The position numbers and the translations under genes were made by a program. The notes beneath the pieces are model-generated. The model was not told where the DNA came from and searched no databases. It saw only the letters and a program-made list of their open reading frames with translations. From Bryobacteraceae bacterium (GTDB lineage Bacteria > Acidobacteriota > Terriglobia > Bryobacterales > Bryobacteraceae), in contig DASVGP010000206.1 of the NCBI GenBank assembly GCA_036379475.1, positions 9,860 through 73,859 on the forward strand: a stretch of 64,000 bases of DNA, in the 5' to 3' direction. This document shows, piece after piece, positions 1 to 9,264 of the stretch (position 1 is the first letter of the stretch; each line of letters begins with the position of its first letter).

Positions 1-2
1 TC

Positions 3-2279
3 GCGTACTTCCTCGAAGACGACGAGCGTATGTTCGCGACCAAAGCGGGCGGCTACGGACTGTGTATCCGATTTGAGGGGATCGACCCGGAGACCCGGCC
101 CCGCGAGGTGCTGGACAGCCTTTCGCGCAGGATCGCCGAAGCGCTGCGAGATGTGCCGCCGGAGTTGTCGCTGTTCCAATATGCGGTCAAGCAAAGAGGC
201 TACCGTTTGCCTGCTGTGCAGGAGGAGCGGGAGAATGTGCGGGCAGTCCTCCAGGACCGCGCGGACTATTTGAACGCCCAGGCAGGATTCGGCACCCTGG
301 ACCTGGTGTGGTGCCTCTATGTGCAGCCGCCCAACCGGAACCTTCAACCGGCCAAACGTGCGCCTTATGTATCGTCTTTGCGCCGGCGCCTGGCGCGCAC
401 GGCGGATTCCTTCTGCCGCAAGCTCGAAGAGTTAGCGCCACGCTTGCTCACAGCGGACGAAACGGCGGCGTTTTTCGCGCAGGTTCTGAATTTAGAGTCC
501 CGGCTGTTCGCCGGGCTGCGGTCGCGCCGGGGCCTCGACCGGCAGCTCGGCCGGGCCACCGTCACCTGGACCGACGAATATCTCCAAATCGGGCATCGCT
601 ACGCACAGATGTTTTCGCTCGTTCAGCGGCCTGCGGGGAGCAGGCCGGACCTGTTCGGCGATCTGCTGCGGCAGGATTGCGATCTTGTTCTGTGTTCCGA
701 GTGGCAGCCACGGCCAGCCGAGGAAGTGCGCCGTGCGGTGCATAACCAGGAAAGCTTTATCGAACTATTCCGGCATCGCATCGCCACTTACATTACCCAC
801 GCGGGAGCCAAAAAAGAGATTGCAAAATCGGCGGGGACCATTGCCGCCGATAAGAGCACGGACACGCTCGGCGGCATTCTGGACGATCTCGAAAACGGGC
901 GCCGCACCTACGGACGTTTTTCGCTGATCGGCATGGTGCACTCGGAGGACCTCCAGGAAGTCCGGGACGCGATGCCGGTGCTGCACCGGATCGCGGGCGA
1001 ATCGAAGGCCACCTTTCTCGAAGAGACCGTGGGCGGGTTGTCGGTCTATTACGCGCTGCTTCCGGGAAACCCCACTTTCAATGTGCGGCGGGCCTGGCTG
1101 CAAGACGGGCATTACGCGAATCTGGCCCATGTGTACGCTCCCTTCCGGGGGCATGAGTATTCCGAAGCGCTGGAGCGGGAAGCTCTCGTGGTTTACGAAA
1201 CGCGCGACCGCAGCCCGCTGTTTTACGACGCCTACGACGGCGATTTGCGCGGGCTGTTGATTCTGGGCGAACCCCGCATCGGCAAATCCGTGCAAGGAAA
1301 TTTCCATCTGGACCACGAAGCAAAATACGGAGGGTTCAGCTACATCTTCGATGTCGGAGGATCGTACGAATCGACCGCGCGGGCGCATGGCGGCACCGTG
1401 GTTCGCATCGGAGCCCGCAGTCCGCGGCTGAACCCGTTTTCGCTTCCGCCCTCGGAAGACAACCTGACTTTTCTGACGCATTTCGTGCGGAAGCTGCTCG
1501 TAAACGGCGGGCTCAAAGAATTAAACCCCGCGGACGAAGATGGGCTGCACAAAAAGATCAAAGCCATGTACAGCTTCGAGCCGTCCGCGCGGCGCTTGCA
1601 GAATCTCGTGCTGCCGAACCATCTGCGCGATTACCTGCGCAAATGGTGCGCGGGCGGGCTGTACGGCACGGTTTTCGACAACGAAGAAGACGAACTGGAG
1701 CTTTCGCGGATTCAGGTGTTCGACTTGCAGGACATCGAGGGAGAGCATTATGCCGACCTCCGGGAGCCGCTGCTGTTCTGGCTGATCAAACGGGTCGAGC
1801 AAGTAGTCCGGGACCCGAAGCACCTCGGGTTTCCCAAGCATTTGTTGTTCGACGAATGCTGGAAGCAACTGAAAGATCCGTATCTGGTGAATTTCATCGT
1901 CGATACGCTCAAAACCGGCGGGAAGCACCTCGGCGGCATTACGCTGCTTACCCACACGGCGGACGATCTTGCCGAGCACGCGGGACTCATCGCCAACGCC
2001 TGTCCCACCGTGCTGTTTCTGCGCGACACCACCTTCGACCGCGCACGCTACCGCGAGCTGTTCCAGCTCAACGAGCGGGAAATCGAGCTGCTCGGAACGC
2101 TGGAGGCGAAAGGCGAGGGGTTGCTCAAACGGCGGACCTGGTCCAAGGTGGTGCGGCTGAATCTGGACCGGCAGGCGTTGTGGCGCTATACGACGAAACC
2201 CAGCGAGCGGCGCAAGCGAGACGCTCTGATCGAAGAGCACGGGTTCGAAAGAGCGTTCGAGCTGCTCGCGGCGCAGTGA
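3..2279 (+). CDS. virB4: Type IV secretion ATPase, VirB4/TrbE family (5' end outside window)
   Basis: Frame is open from nt 3, so the N-terminus is truncated by the window edge. Walker A-like GEPRIGKS and Walker B-like HLLFDECW. Heads a run of T4SS genes. Confidence 0.9.
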   Translation, partial: AYFLEDDERMFATKAGGYGLCIRFEGIDPETRPREVLDSLSRRIAEALRDVPPELSLFQYAVKQRGYRLPAVQEERENVRAVLQDRADYLNAQAGFGTLDLVWCLYVQPPNRNLQPAKRAPYVSSLRRRLARTADSFCRKLEELAPRLLTADETAAFFAQVLNLESRLFAGLRSRRGLDRQLGRATVTWTDEYLQIGHRYAQMFSLVQRPAGSRPDLFGDLLRQDCDLVLCSEWQPRPAEEVRRAVHNQESFIELFRHRIATYITHAGAKKEIAKSAGTIAADKSTDTLGGILDDLENGRRTYGRFSLIGMVHSEDLQEVRDAMPVLHRIAGESKATFLEETVGGLSVYYALLPGNPTFNVRRAWLQDGHYANLAHVYAPFRGHEYSEALEREALVVYETRDRSPLFYDAYDGDLRGLLILGEPRIGKSVQGNFHLDHEAKYGGFSYIFDVGGSYESTARAHGGTVVRIGARSPRLNPFSLPPSEDNLTFLTHFVRKLLVNGGLKELNPADEDGLHKKIKAMYSFEPSARRLQNLVLPNHLRDYLRKWCAGGLYGTVFDNEEDELELSRIQVFDLQDIEGEHYADLREPLLFWLIKRVEQVVRDPKHLGFPKHLLFDECWKQLKDPYLVNFIVDTLKTGGKHLGGITLLTHTADDLAEHAGLIANACPTVLFLRDTTFDRARYRELFQLNEREIELLGTLEAKGEGLLKRRTWSKVVRLNLDRQALWRYTTKPSERRKRDALIEEHGFERAFELLAAQ

Positions 2280-2292
2280 GGGAAGGGAAGAG

Positions 2293-3138
2293 ATGAGAAA
2301 GCTGATTTCGATTGTCAAGTGCGCAGGAATTACTGGTTGTGTTCTGTTGGCGGCGAGCGTCGCCGCGAGTAGCGCAGACCTTCCGCGCGCGGCAGAGCAC
2401 AGCAGAACGGTTGTGGTGACCGAGAAGAGTGTCGTGCCCGTGGCCGTGGCCCTGAATCAAACCACCCTGATTGTGCTGCCGCAAAAAGAGAAAGTGATGA
2501 CGACGTTTGGTTTGAACGGCGAGGATTGGGAAGTCCAGTCCGCGCGCGTCCCCACCCGTTATGTTGCGGTGAAGCCGAAAGAAGAACGGGAGCAGGGGAC
2601 ACTCAGCATCGTTACCGATCACGGCTCGAATTACTCATTTCTGTTTACGGAGGTTTCGGGCACGGGCAAGCCTTACGACGTGAAAATCTTCGTCGCTCCG
2701 GATAGCCAGTTGCAACAGAAAATCGACCGGCCGCCGAAGTTTGTGCCGGCGATGGAGCTTCAGAAGTACAGGCAGGAAGCGGCGCAAGCCGAAAGCGAGG
2801 AAAAAGCGGAAAAGGCTGCGAGCGCGGCGGCCATTCAAAGCGGGATCGCCGCCTTCCAGTCGAAATATCCGGGGCAGCTTCGCTTCGATTACACCTGGTC
2901 GCGCAAAAAAGGGCAGCGCTTCGGCGTAAAAGAGATATTCCACGACAAGCGGTTCACTTATATCCGGGCGGATCCCAATGAGACACCCAGCCTCTACGAG
3001 TGGAAAGATGGCAAGCCGAGCCTGATCAATTTCCAATACGCGAACGGGCTGTATGTCGTGCCGAAAATCCTGGATGCGGGATATCTTGCGCTCGGGAAAC
3101 GGCACTTGGTATTCCGGCGCGCGGGCGGGGGAATGTAG
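2293..3138 (+). CDS. virB9: VirB9/TrbG/CagX-like T4SS outer-membrane core component
   Basis: N-terminal signal peptide and a beta-rich N-domain (TVVVTEKSVVPVAVALNQTTLIVLP...YVAVKPK). Lies between VirB4 and VirB10 homologues. Confidence 0.7.
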   Translation: MRKLISIVKCAGITGCVLLAASVAASSADLPRAAEHSRTVVVTEKSVVPVAVALNQTTLIVLPQKEKVMTTFGLNGEDWEVQSARVPTRYVAVKPKEEREQGTLSIVTDHGSNYSFLFTEVSGTGKPYDVKIFVAPDSQLQQKIDRPPKFVPAMELQKYRQEAAQAESEEKAEKAASAAAIQSGIAAFQSKYPGQLRFDYTWSRKKGQRFGVKEIFHDKRFTYIRADPNETPSLYEWKDGKPSLINFQYANGLYVVPKILDAGYLALGKRHLVFRRAGGGM

Positions 3139-3141
3139 GCC

Positions 3142-4569
3142 ATGGCGGAAGAACCTTCGCAGCCTCCGAGTACTTCGCCCGAAGAGACGTCGCGCACGAG
3201 CGAACCGCCCAAGCCGCAGAAACCGGTGCGCCCGATTCAGTGGGGCCTGTGGGGACTGGTCGCTTTCATCGCCATTGTCAGCGTGACCCAGTACGCGCGC
3301 GGCGGCGCGGAAAGCGCTCCCGCTAAACGCCAAGAAACAGCCGCAGCGCCCATCACCGCGGACGAACAGCAGATCGCCGATTTCCAGAAGCAGCAGCAAG
3401 CCGAGGCCGAGCGGCTGAAGCGGGAACAGCAGCAAGCGCAAGCAGCGCTCGAGAATGCCAAAAAGTCCTACCAGGCGCTTCGGAATCCCAAGAATCCAGA
3501 TCCGCCGATGTCCGATCCAGGTCCGCAGCCGGTTGCTGCGAATGACGCAGGCACGCGCGCGCAGGCCCAGAGCCAGACACGTGAGCGGCGGCGGCGCAAG
3601 GCGCTCGATGCTTCGATGATTGCCGTCGATTTCAGCGGCAGGCGGGAAGCGAAAACGCAGAGCGCCGATCCGCCCTCGGCTGGTAGCAGAGCAGCAGCCG
3701 CCACGAGCCAAGAGTTCGATCCGCCAAATCGGGGAAGCGAAAAAGAGGCCGCCGATCCCGCCGTTGCCTCGGCCGCCAATGACCCGGGTCGAGTAGGTCA
3801 AAGCGGTGCCCTCCTCGAATCTGCTGGGGCCGCGCGCCGCGCGCCCACAGCCACCCGCCAAGAGTCCGATCCGCCAAATCGAGAAACGGCGCGCCAGGCG
3901 AACTACGACCCGGACAGCGCGACGGGACCGCTCTATCTCGTGTTGGAGGGAACGGTCCTCGAGTGCGTGCTCACGAACCAACTCGATGGAGAGTATACCG
4001 GGCCGGTCAATGTCATGCTCACCACCGCTATCTGGAATCACGACCGCAGCCAAATACTTATCCCGCAAGGGACGCGGCTGCTCGGCCAGGCGCGCCGGGT
4101 GACCTCCCAAAACCAGCGGCGCCTGGCGGTTTCCTTCGACCGCATGATCATGCCCGATGGATTTTCGTACAACCTCGATCAGTTCGTCGGACTGAATCAG
4201 CAAGGCGCGACCGGCCTCAGCGACAAAGTGAACCATCACTATTTGCGGATGTTCGGAGCGGCGGTCGCCGTGGGCGGCATCGGAGGCCTCGCCCAGATCG
4301 GCGGCGGCTACGGCGGGTTCGGCTACGATCCGGGCACCGCGATCCGCTCGGGCATCGGCCAGGAAATGGGGCAGGAATCCATGCAGATTTTAGACCGTTT
4401 TCTGAACGTTCTGCCGACCATCACGATTCGCGAAGGGACGCGCGTTCGCGTGTGGCTGACGCAAGATATTGCGCTGCCGGCCTACGCGCATCACACCATG
4501 AGCCCGGCGCTGGAGGCCGCAAGTAAAGCGGCGCATCCGCAGCAAGCGCTGGCACAAGCGAGCAATTGA
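3142..4569 (+). CDS. virB10: VirB10/TrbI-like T4SS core component
   Basis: N-terminal TM helix, long Pro/Gln/Ala-rich linker, and a conserved C-terminal TrbI-type region (LVLEGTVLECVLTNQLDGEYTGPV...RLAVSFDRMIMPDG...REGTRVRVWL). Confidence 0.85.
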   Translation: MAEEPSQPPSTSPEETSRTSEPPKPQKPVRPIQWGLWGLVAFIAIVSVTQYARGGAESAPAKRQETAAAPITADEQQIADFQKQQQAEAERLKREQQQAQAALENAKKSYQALRNPKNPDPPMSDPGPQPVAANDAGTRAQAQSQTRERRRRKALDASMIAVDFSGRREAKTQSADPPSAGSRAAAATSQEFDPPNRGSEKEAADPAVASAANDPGRVGQSGALLESAGAARRAPTATRQESDPPNRETARQANYDPDSATGPLYLVLEGTVLECVLTNQLDGEYTGPVNVMLTTAIWNHDRSQILIPQGTRLLGQARRVTSQNQRRLAVSFDRMIMPDGFSYNLDQFVGLNQQGATGLSDKVNHHYLRMFGAAVAVGGIGGLAQIGGGYGGFGYDPGTAIRSGIGQEMGQESMQILDRFLNVLPTITIREGTRVRVWLTQDIALPAYAHHTMSPALEAASKAAHPQQALAQASN

Positions 4570-4584
4570 AAAAAGGGTTACTTT

Positions 4585-5388
4585 ATGAAACTTCGATGGC
4601 ATCGGCAATATATCGCGCCCCTCGTTCTGATCGGAGTCGGGCTGTGCCTGAGCAGTCCTGCCAAAGCGGTCTTCGGTATCGGCGACATCGTGTATTGGAT
4701 TCAGCAGATCGCGCTGATGAAGAACCAGTTGACGCAGATGAAGCAAACCGTACAGACGCAGGCCAACGCGCTCAAGCTGTGGCAGAACAATTTTCGGTCT
4801 CTCGCCAATAAAAACGCCTGGAAACAGTGGGGCACGGATTTGGCGAATAACCCGATGAGCAACACCTTCGGCGAGACCGCGCCGCTCGCGAGCGCACTTG
4901 CCGGGGGCAGCAAAGCGGTCCAGGCCTGGCGGACCGCTACGCTCCCCCTCAACAACGTGAACGCCTTGAGCGGAGAGCATCTCGGAACCAGCGTCCAGCT
5001 CGCCGGCCTGGCCAGCGTGGAAGCGGGAGATGCCGCGAGCGCCGACACTATCCAAGCGCTCGCTACTTACCGGCAGCAGGAAGCCAAAAACGCTGCCGCC
5101 TTCGCGCAACTGCAAAATGCCGTCTTGAGCAACGACCCGGCGAATAATACCCTAACCGCGCAGCAGAACCTCACCAACGGCGCTTTGTTGCAGTTGATTC
5201 AGCGGGAGCAGACCAGCACCGCGGCGACCGCAGCGCTTGCGCAGCAACAACTTATCGCGAATACGTACCGGCGCAACGCCGAGGCCGAGGCGCTCAACAA
5301 CTACGCCGAATTTTTGAAGACGGTTGCACAAAATCCCGGAGGAGATTTTAATGGAATTGGGCAGATACTTAAGACTGCCGGTTATTGA
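4585..5388 (+). CDS. TrbJ/VirB5-like secreted coiled-coil T4SS protein
   Basis: Signal peptide followed by Gln-rich heptad-like helices (IQQIALMKNQLTQMKQTVQTQANAL). Size and position fit TrbJ/VirB5, but the assignment is by context only. Confidence 0.5.
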   Translation: MKLRWHRQYIAPLVLIGVGLCLSSPAKAVFGIGDIVYWIQQIALMKNQLTQMKQTVQTQANALKLWQNNFRSLANKNAWKQWGTDLANNPMSNTFGETAPLASALAGGSKAVQAWRTATLPLNNVNALSGEHLGTSVQLAGLASVEAGDAASADTIQALATYRQQEAKNAAAFAQLQNAVLSNDPANNTLTAQQNLTNGALLQLIQREQTSTAATAALAQQQLIANTYRRNAEAEALNNYAEFLKTVAQNPGGDFNGIGQILKTAGY

Positions 5389-6523
5389 GAACGCCGATGA
5401 ATTCACCACTCCAAACCGCCATTCAGGGAAAGATGCTCGTGGTCTTGCTGGCGATACTGGGGCTGCTGATTGCCGCGGCCGGGGTGTGGACCCGCGCCAC
5501 ACAGCCGAGGAATCCCACCAAGCAGGAAATTCGGCAGGCGAAAAAAGCAGACGTGGTGAACGCAAAGAAAATTGGCGACGAACTAAAAAATTCTTCGTAC
5601 TAGCGCGATTTGCGCCCCTCTTTCTGTTATCAACGGCGGCCTATGGGCAAAGTCTTCCAGGGCCGCAACCGTTTGACTTCGTTAATGAGATAACCACAGA
5701 AATCGATAATCTCATCACTGCCCAGAGCGGGATTCTTTTACACTATGGGCGGATCGAACTGGCCATCATCGCCGTGTTCGGCCTAACCAGCCTGGCCTTC
5801 CGGTGGCAGGTGGCCAATCTGAATCTCTTCCATCAGCACATCCACATCGCCGAAGTTTACGAATACCTGGTCAAGCTGGCCTTCGTATCCATGCTGATGA
5901 CGTATTATGTCCAGCCGATCCCCGGTACCGGCATCAGTTTGAATCACCTATTCTCGGCCATTGCCAAATTGTTGGTTTCAGGAGTGAATGCCGGTGTTAT
6001 TGGGCAACTCCTCGCTCAGATCCACCATGCGACGCATAGCCTACAGCATCCAGGATTCTACAATCTCTTCGATACGGTTGGTTATTATCTCGATCTGACC
6101 GTTCTGGCCGCCATCGAAATTGCAGCGCTCATCATCAATGTTTTCGGCTTTGTTGCCTCCGGGATTCTTGTGTTGTTCGGGCCGCTTTTTCTCCCGCTGT
6201 TTCTCACCAAGCGATTCGAACGGTGGTTCTGGAGATGGGTCGATAATCTTTTCACCTTTTCGATGTACCGGGTGCTCGCGATTGCCATCTCGTTCCTGTA
6301 TTCGAGCGTCATCCTTTCCTTCTTCAACAATGCTGTAGGGGGTAATTATTCGCTGGGGCACATGCTCGCGCTCTTGCCAGCCCTCCTGCTCATTACCTGG
6401 TCTTACCTCTACTCGATCTTCAAGATACCTGCGATCGCGAGCATGCTGTTTGGTGGCGCTGGCTTATCCGCTTCCGAGCTGACCGGGGCGGCGATTGGAT
6501 TCATTGTGAAAGGGTTGATGTGA
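5324..6523 (+). CDS. virB6: VirB6/TrbL-like polytopic T4SS inner-membrane protein (start uncertain)
   Basis: Multiple TM helices after a signal-like KKFFVLARFAPLFLLSTAAYGQ. The first ~85 codons of the tracked ORF look non-coding (Arg/Gly-rich) and overlap the 72-aa ORF. No canonical in-frame start codon near nt 5590. Confidence 0.7.
   Translation: MHKIPEEILMELGRYLRLPVIENADEFTTPNRHSGKDARGLAGDTGAADCRGRGVDPRHTAEESHQAGNSAGEKSRRGERKENWRRTKKFFVLARFAPLFLLSTAAYGQSLPGPQPFDFVNEITTEIDNLITAQSGILLHYGRIELAIIAVFGLTSLAFRWQVANLNLFHQHIHIAEVYEYLVKLAFVSMLMTYYVQPIPGTGISLNHLFSAIAKLLVSGVNAGVIGQLLAQIHHATHSLQHPGFYNLFDTVGYYLDLTVLAAIEIAALIINVFGFVASGILVLFGPLFLPLFLTKRFERWFWRWVDNLFTFSMYRVLAIAISFLYSSVILSFFNNAVGGNYSLGHMLALLPALLLITWSYLYSIFKIPAIASMLFGGAGLSASELTGAAIGFIVKGLM
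5385..5603 (+). CDS. Small single-TM protein (TrbK-position); may be the true N-terminus of the next gene
   Basis: 72 aa with a clear TM helix (MLVVLLAILGLLIAAAGVW) and a basic tail. Start overlaps the trbJ-like stop. Ends at an A6 run where the VirB6-like frame becomes protein-like. Confidence 0.45.
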   Translation: MRTPMNSPLQTAIQGKMLVVLLAILGLLIAAAGVWTRATQPRNPTKQEIRQAKKADVVNAKKIGDELKNSSY

Positions 6524-6584
6524 CCGGCGAGCGGTGCAGGGGGGCGGCTATGAGCTACATACTGTGCCGGAAGGAGATTTCCCG

Positions 6585-7304
6585 ATGGAAAGCACACTGA
6601 ACGACAGCTTGAACGAAACGGGCACGGTGTCCGACGCATACGGGGATTCGCTCTATGCGGCGCTGCACCGGGAGAACAAATTCCTGCGGATTGTGGCGGT
6701 CCTCGCCGCTACCGGATTATTCGTTTCGCTGCTGGCAAACTTCACTCTCGCGCGGCGGAAGCCCATTGTGATCCCGCTGCGGATCGATGCCTTGGGGCGG
6801 GCTACCGCGCTCGAATACAGCTCGCTGCGATTCACTCCGAGGGATTCCGAAGTGCGCAGCGCACTGCTCGACTGGACCCGTGCGCGCTATGCGCTACTGC
6901 GGGCCACGGCAGCGAAAACTTACCAAGAAAACTATTATTTTCTCGAGAAGAAACTGGCCGCGAAATGCATGAGCCAGGATGCCCGCACGCGGCGCGTGGC
7001 GCGGGTGATCGCCGGCACCGCACCCGAAAACGATGTCACCGTGAACAACATCCAAATCACCCACCTCGCCCAGACGAGGCGCGGCGGAGAGTGGGTGACG
7101 AGCGGGTCGGCGCTGATCGATTACACGAAAATCTTCAACCCCGGAAAGTCCGATCGGAGAACCGAACATTGGACCACGAGCGTGCAGTTTTACGTGAACC
7201 CGGAGCAGGTCGCCGAGCAGGCGCAAAGCGATCCGAAATACGAATACATCAATCCGCTGGGCGTGACGATTACCTATTTTCACGACGACCGGGCGCTGCA
7301 CTAG
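6585..7304 (+). CDS. virB8: VirB8/TrbF-like T4SS protein
   Basis: ATG at 6585 with AAGGAG at 6571-6576. Short cytoplasmic N-terminus, one TM (FLRIVAVLAATGLFVSLLANF), then a periplasmic domain of VirB8-like size. Confidence 0.65.
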   Translation: MESTLNDSLNETGTVSDAYGDSLYAALHRENKFLRIVAVLAATGLFVSLLANFTLARRKPIVIPLRIDALGRATALEYSSLRFTPRDSEVRSALLDWTRARYALLRATAAKTYQENYYFLEKKLAAKCMSQDARTRRVARVIAGTAPENDVTVNNIQITHLAQTRRGGEWVTSGSALIDYTKIFNPGKSDRRTEHWTTSVQFYVNPEQVAEQAQSDPKYEYINPLGVTITYFHDDRALH

Positions 7305-7314
7305 GAGGGTAATT

Positions 7315-8379
7315 ATGGAATCGCAATTTGCATTGATTCTCCCCTTCTTTCCTGCTGCCATTCAGGAGTTGATCGTGGACCGGGCGACGACCGAGATCAT
7401 GATCAACGGTGGCGGAAAAACCGTTGCCGTCGAGCGCAACGGAGAGCTGATGGTGCTGTCGGGAGTGCAGATGAACCCGGAGCAATTGCAGGCCGGAATC
7501 GAGAATATCGCGCGGCTGTGCTGGAACGATCTGACGCCGGAATATCCTCTGCTCGACTCGCGCTTGCCGGACGGCTCGCGCGTAGCGGCCATCGGCCCGC
7601 CGAATTCTCCCACCGGCGTCACGCTCACGATTCGGAAATTCAACCGCTGGTTTTCGACCGGCGATCTGATGCACTTGGGAACACTGCCCCGGCAGGTATT
7701 TCCGCATCTCGCAGCCGCCGTTGGCGAACGGAAAAACATTCTGATTAGCGGCAACACCGGAAGCGGCAAGACGGCGCTGCTCAAGGCATTCGCGGACCAT
7801 ATCCCGGAACAGGATCGGCTCCTGGTGATTGAGCGTCCGATGGAGCTCCGATTGGAGCAGCCCAATGTGGTTCGCCTGGAGGCGACCAACGGACTGCCGG
7901 GCAGGCCCGACATCAGTGTGGGCCAGCTCGTGGCGGCGGCCCTGCGGCACCGCCCCGATCGAATTCTTTTAGGCGAAATCCGGCCCAACGATCAGAGCGC
8001 CTGGCATCTCATCGAAGCGATCCATACCGGCCACGGCGGAACACTCGCGACCCTGCATGCCGCGAACGCTCACGGCGCTTTAATGCGCCTCGCGATGATG
8101 GCCATGGCCGGGAAAAATCTGCCGGTCGAGTTCGTCATGGGCGAGGTGGCCGAGGCCATCCAATACGTCGTCCACATCGAGCGGATGCCGGACCGCTCGC
8201 GCAAGATCACCGAGCTGGTTGCGGTCCGCGGATTCGATGCGCGGACCCGGAAATTCCAGTGCGAAGTTCTGTATGACCGCCGCGAGGCGAAGGCCTTTTC
8301 CGCTGCGGCGGGTATCTCTCCCTCTCTCCCGGAGAGCAGCTTTCCATCGAACGAAAGAAGTTTATGCCAACACCATTAA
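7315..8379 (+). CDS. virB11: VirB11/TrbB-type secretion ATPase
   Basis: Walker A GNTGSGKT, Asp/Glu box LLVIERPMEL, His box IHTGHGGTLATLHA. Confidence 0.9.
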   Translation: MESQFALILPFFPAAIQELIVDRATTEIMINGGGKTVAVERNGELMVLSGVQMNPEQLQAGIENIARLCWNDLTPEYPLLDSRLPDGSRVAAIGPPNSPTGVTLTIRKFNRWFSTGDLMHLGTLPRQVFPHLAAAVGERKNILISGNTGSGKTALLKAFADHIPEQDRLLVIERPMELRLEQPNVVRLEATNGLPGRPDISVGQLVAAALRHRPDRILLGEIRPNDQSAWHLIEAIHTGHGGTLATLHAANAHGALMRLAMMAMAGKNLPVEFVMGEVAEAIQYVVHIERMPDRSRKITELVAVRGFDARTRKFQCEVLYDRREAKAFSAAAGISPSLPESSFPSNERSLCQHH

Positions 8380-8630
8380 TCGAACCAGAAGACAAGAAGC
8401 CGGACGAGCAGATCACCATCCGGCTCCGGCCCGACGTCGCACGCGACCTCCGGGCCTACGGACAATACGCCAGCGACAGTTCCACGAGCCATGTGATCGC
8501 AGCCGCACTGAAGCGGTTGTTTGCCGCCGACAAAGGATTCCTCGCGTATAAGCAGGAGCACCCTGCTGCGGGCGAACCCGAGGCCCGCACGAACGGCAAA
8601 TCCCGCCTCAAGTTTGAGGCGAAAGCGTAG
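8364..8630 (+). CDS. Ribbon-helix-helix (CopG/Arc-like) DNA-binding protein
   Basis: ITIRLRPDVARDLRAY...SHVIAAALKRLF fits a beta-strand plus two helices. Overlaps the virB11 stop and sits next to the GTGCAC repeats. Confidence 0.6.
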   Translation: MPTPLIEPEDKKPDEQITIRLRPDVARDLRAYGQYASDSSTSHVIAAALKRLFAADKGFLAYKQEHPAAGEPEARTNGKSRLKFEAKA

Positions 8631-8780
8631 GCAATCCCGATGCGGAATTGCAATCAAATTCGAGTCGGAAAACGCATCGGAAACGAGCTGCCACCGTGCT
8701 CTACCCAGCGGCAGCTTCGGACCCAGGAAGAAGCGGTGCTGCGCACCGGAGGTATCACCACGAAAGGCCACCCCTTGCAG

Positions 8781-8858
8781 GTGCACGCCGGTGCACGATG
8801 CGGTTTTGCTGGGTTTTTGCCGTTTCCGTGCACAGCGGTGCACGATGCCGTGCACGCC
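8781..8858. promoter_or_regulatory. Cluster of five GTGCAC-core repeats: candidate RHH operator and/or oriT
   Basis: GTGCAC at 8781, 8791, 8828, 8838 and 8850. GGTGCACGATGC occurs twice exactly (8790-8801 and 8837-8848) and GTGCACGCC twice (8781 and 8850). Lies in the only sizeable gap of the transfer block, between two RHH genes and upstream of the T4CP and relaxase. Confidence 0.5.
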
Positions 8859-8883
8859 ATTTTGGGCCGTTTTGGAGCTTTCG

Positions 8884-9264
8884 ATGCATAGCGCGAAGCG
8901 GCCAAAAACGCTCACCGAATACATCGGCGCGCGGCTCACGCCGGTCGAGGGAGAACAGGTGCGGGAGCGTGCCGACCAGGCCGGTTTGACCAAGAGCGAG
9001 TGGTGCCGCCAGGTGGTTTTGGAGGCGCTCGAGACCGGCCCGGAGACCCGGCTCCTGCTCGCCGAGCTGATGGCTCTGCGCAAGATTTTTCTAACACTGC
9101 ATAAGGAGGCTGTCGAGGGCGGGGAACTGAGCGCACAGCGTGTGAAAGCGGTGGTCGAAGATGCGGAAGCGACCAAGCACGCGATGGCCGACCAGCGCAT
9201 CCATGGTTTCCGGAAACCGGACGCGGTGGAAGCCTCCGGCGGGAAGGGAAAGCCCGCCGCATGA
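8884..9264 (+). CDS. MobC/TraY-like RHH relaxosome accessory protein
   Basis: Internal ATG at 8884 of the tracked ORF. IGARLTPVEGEQVRERADQAGLTKSEWCRQVVLEAL is an RHH pattern. Stop overlaps the T4CP start. Confidence 0.55.
   Translation: MHSAKRPKTLTEYIGARLTPVEGEQVRERADQAGLTKSEWCRQVVLEALETGPETRLLLAELMALRKIFLTLHKEAVEGGELSAQRVKAVVEDAEATKHAMADQRIHGFRKPDAVEASGGKGKPAA

Noticed and set aside
2635-4239. Very long antisense or overlapping ORFs in the GC-rich backbone (for example 2635-4239 minus, 9447-10880 minus, 50411-52453 minus, 1521-2318 minus, 765-1481 minus)
   Set aside because: They lie opposite or out of frame to genes with clear conserved motifs. They have Arg/Gly/Pro/Ala-dominated composition typical of stop-poor non-coding frames in high-GC DNA.
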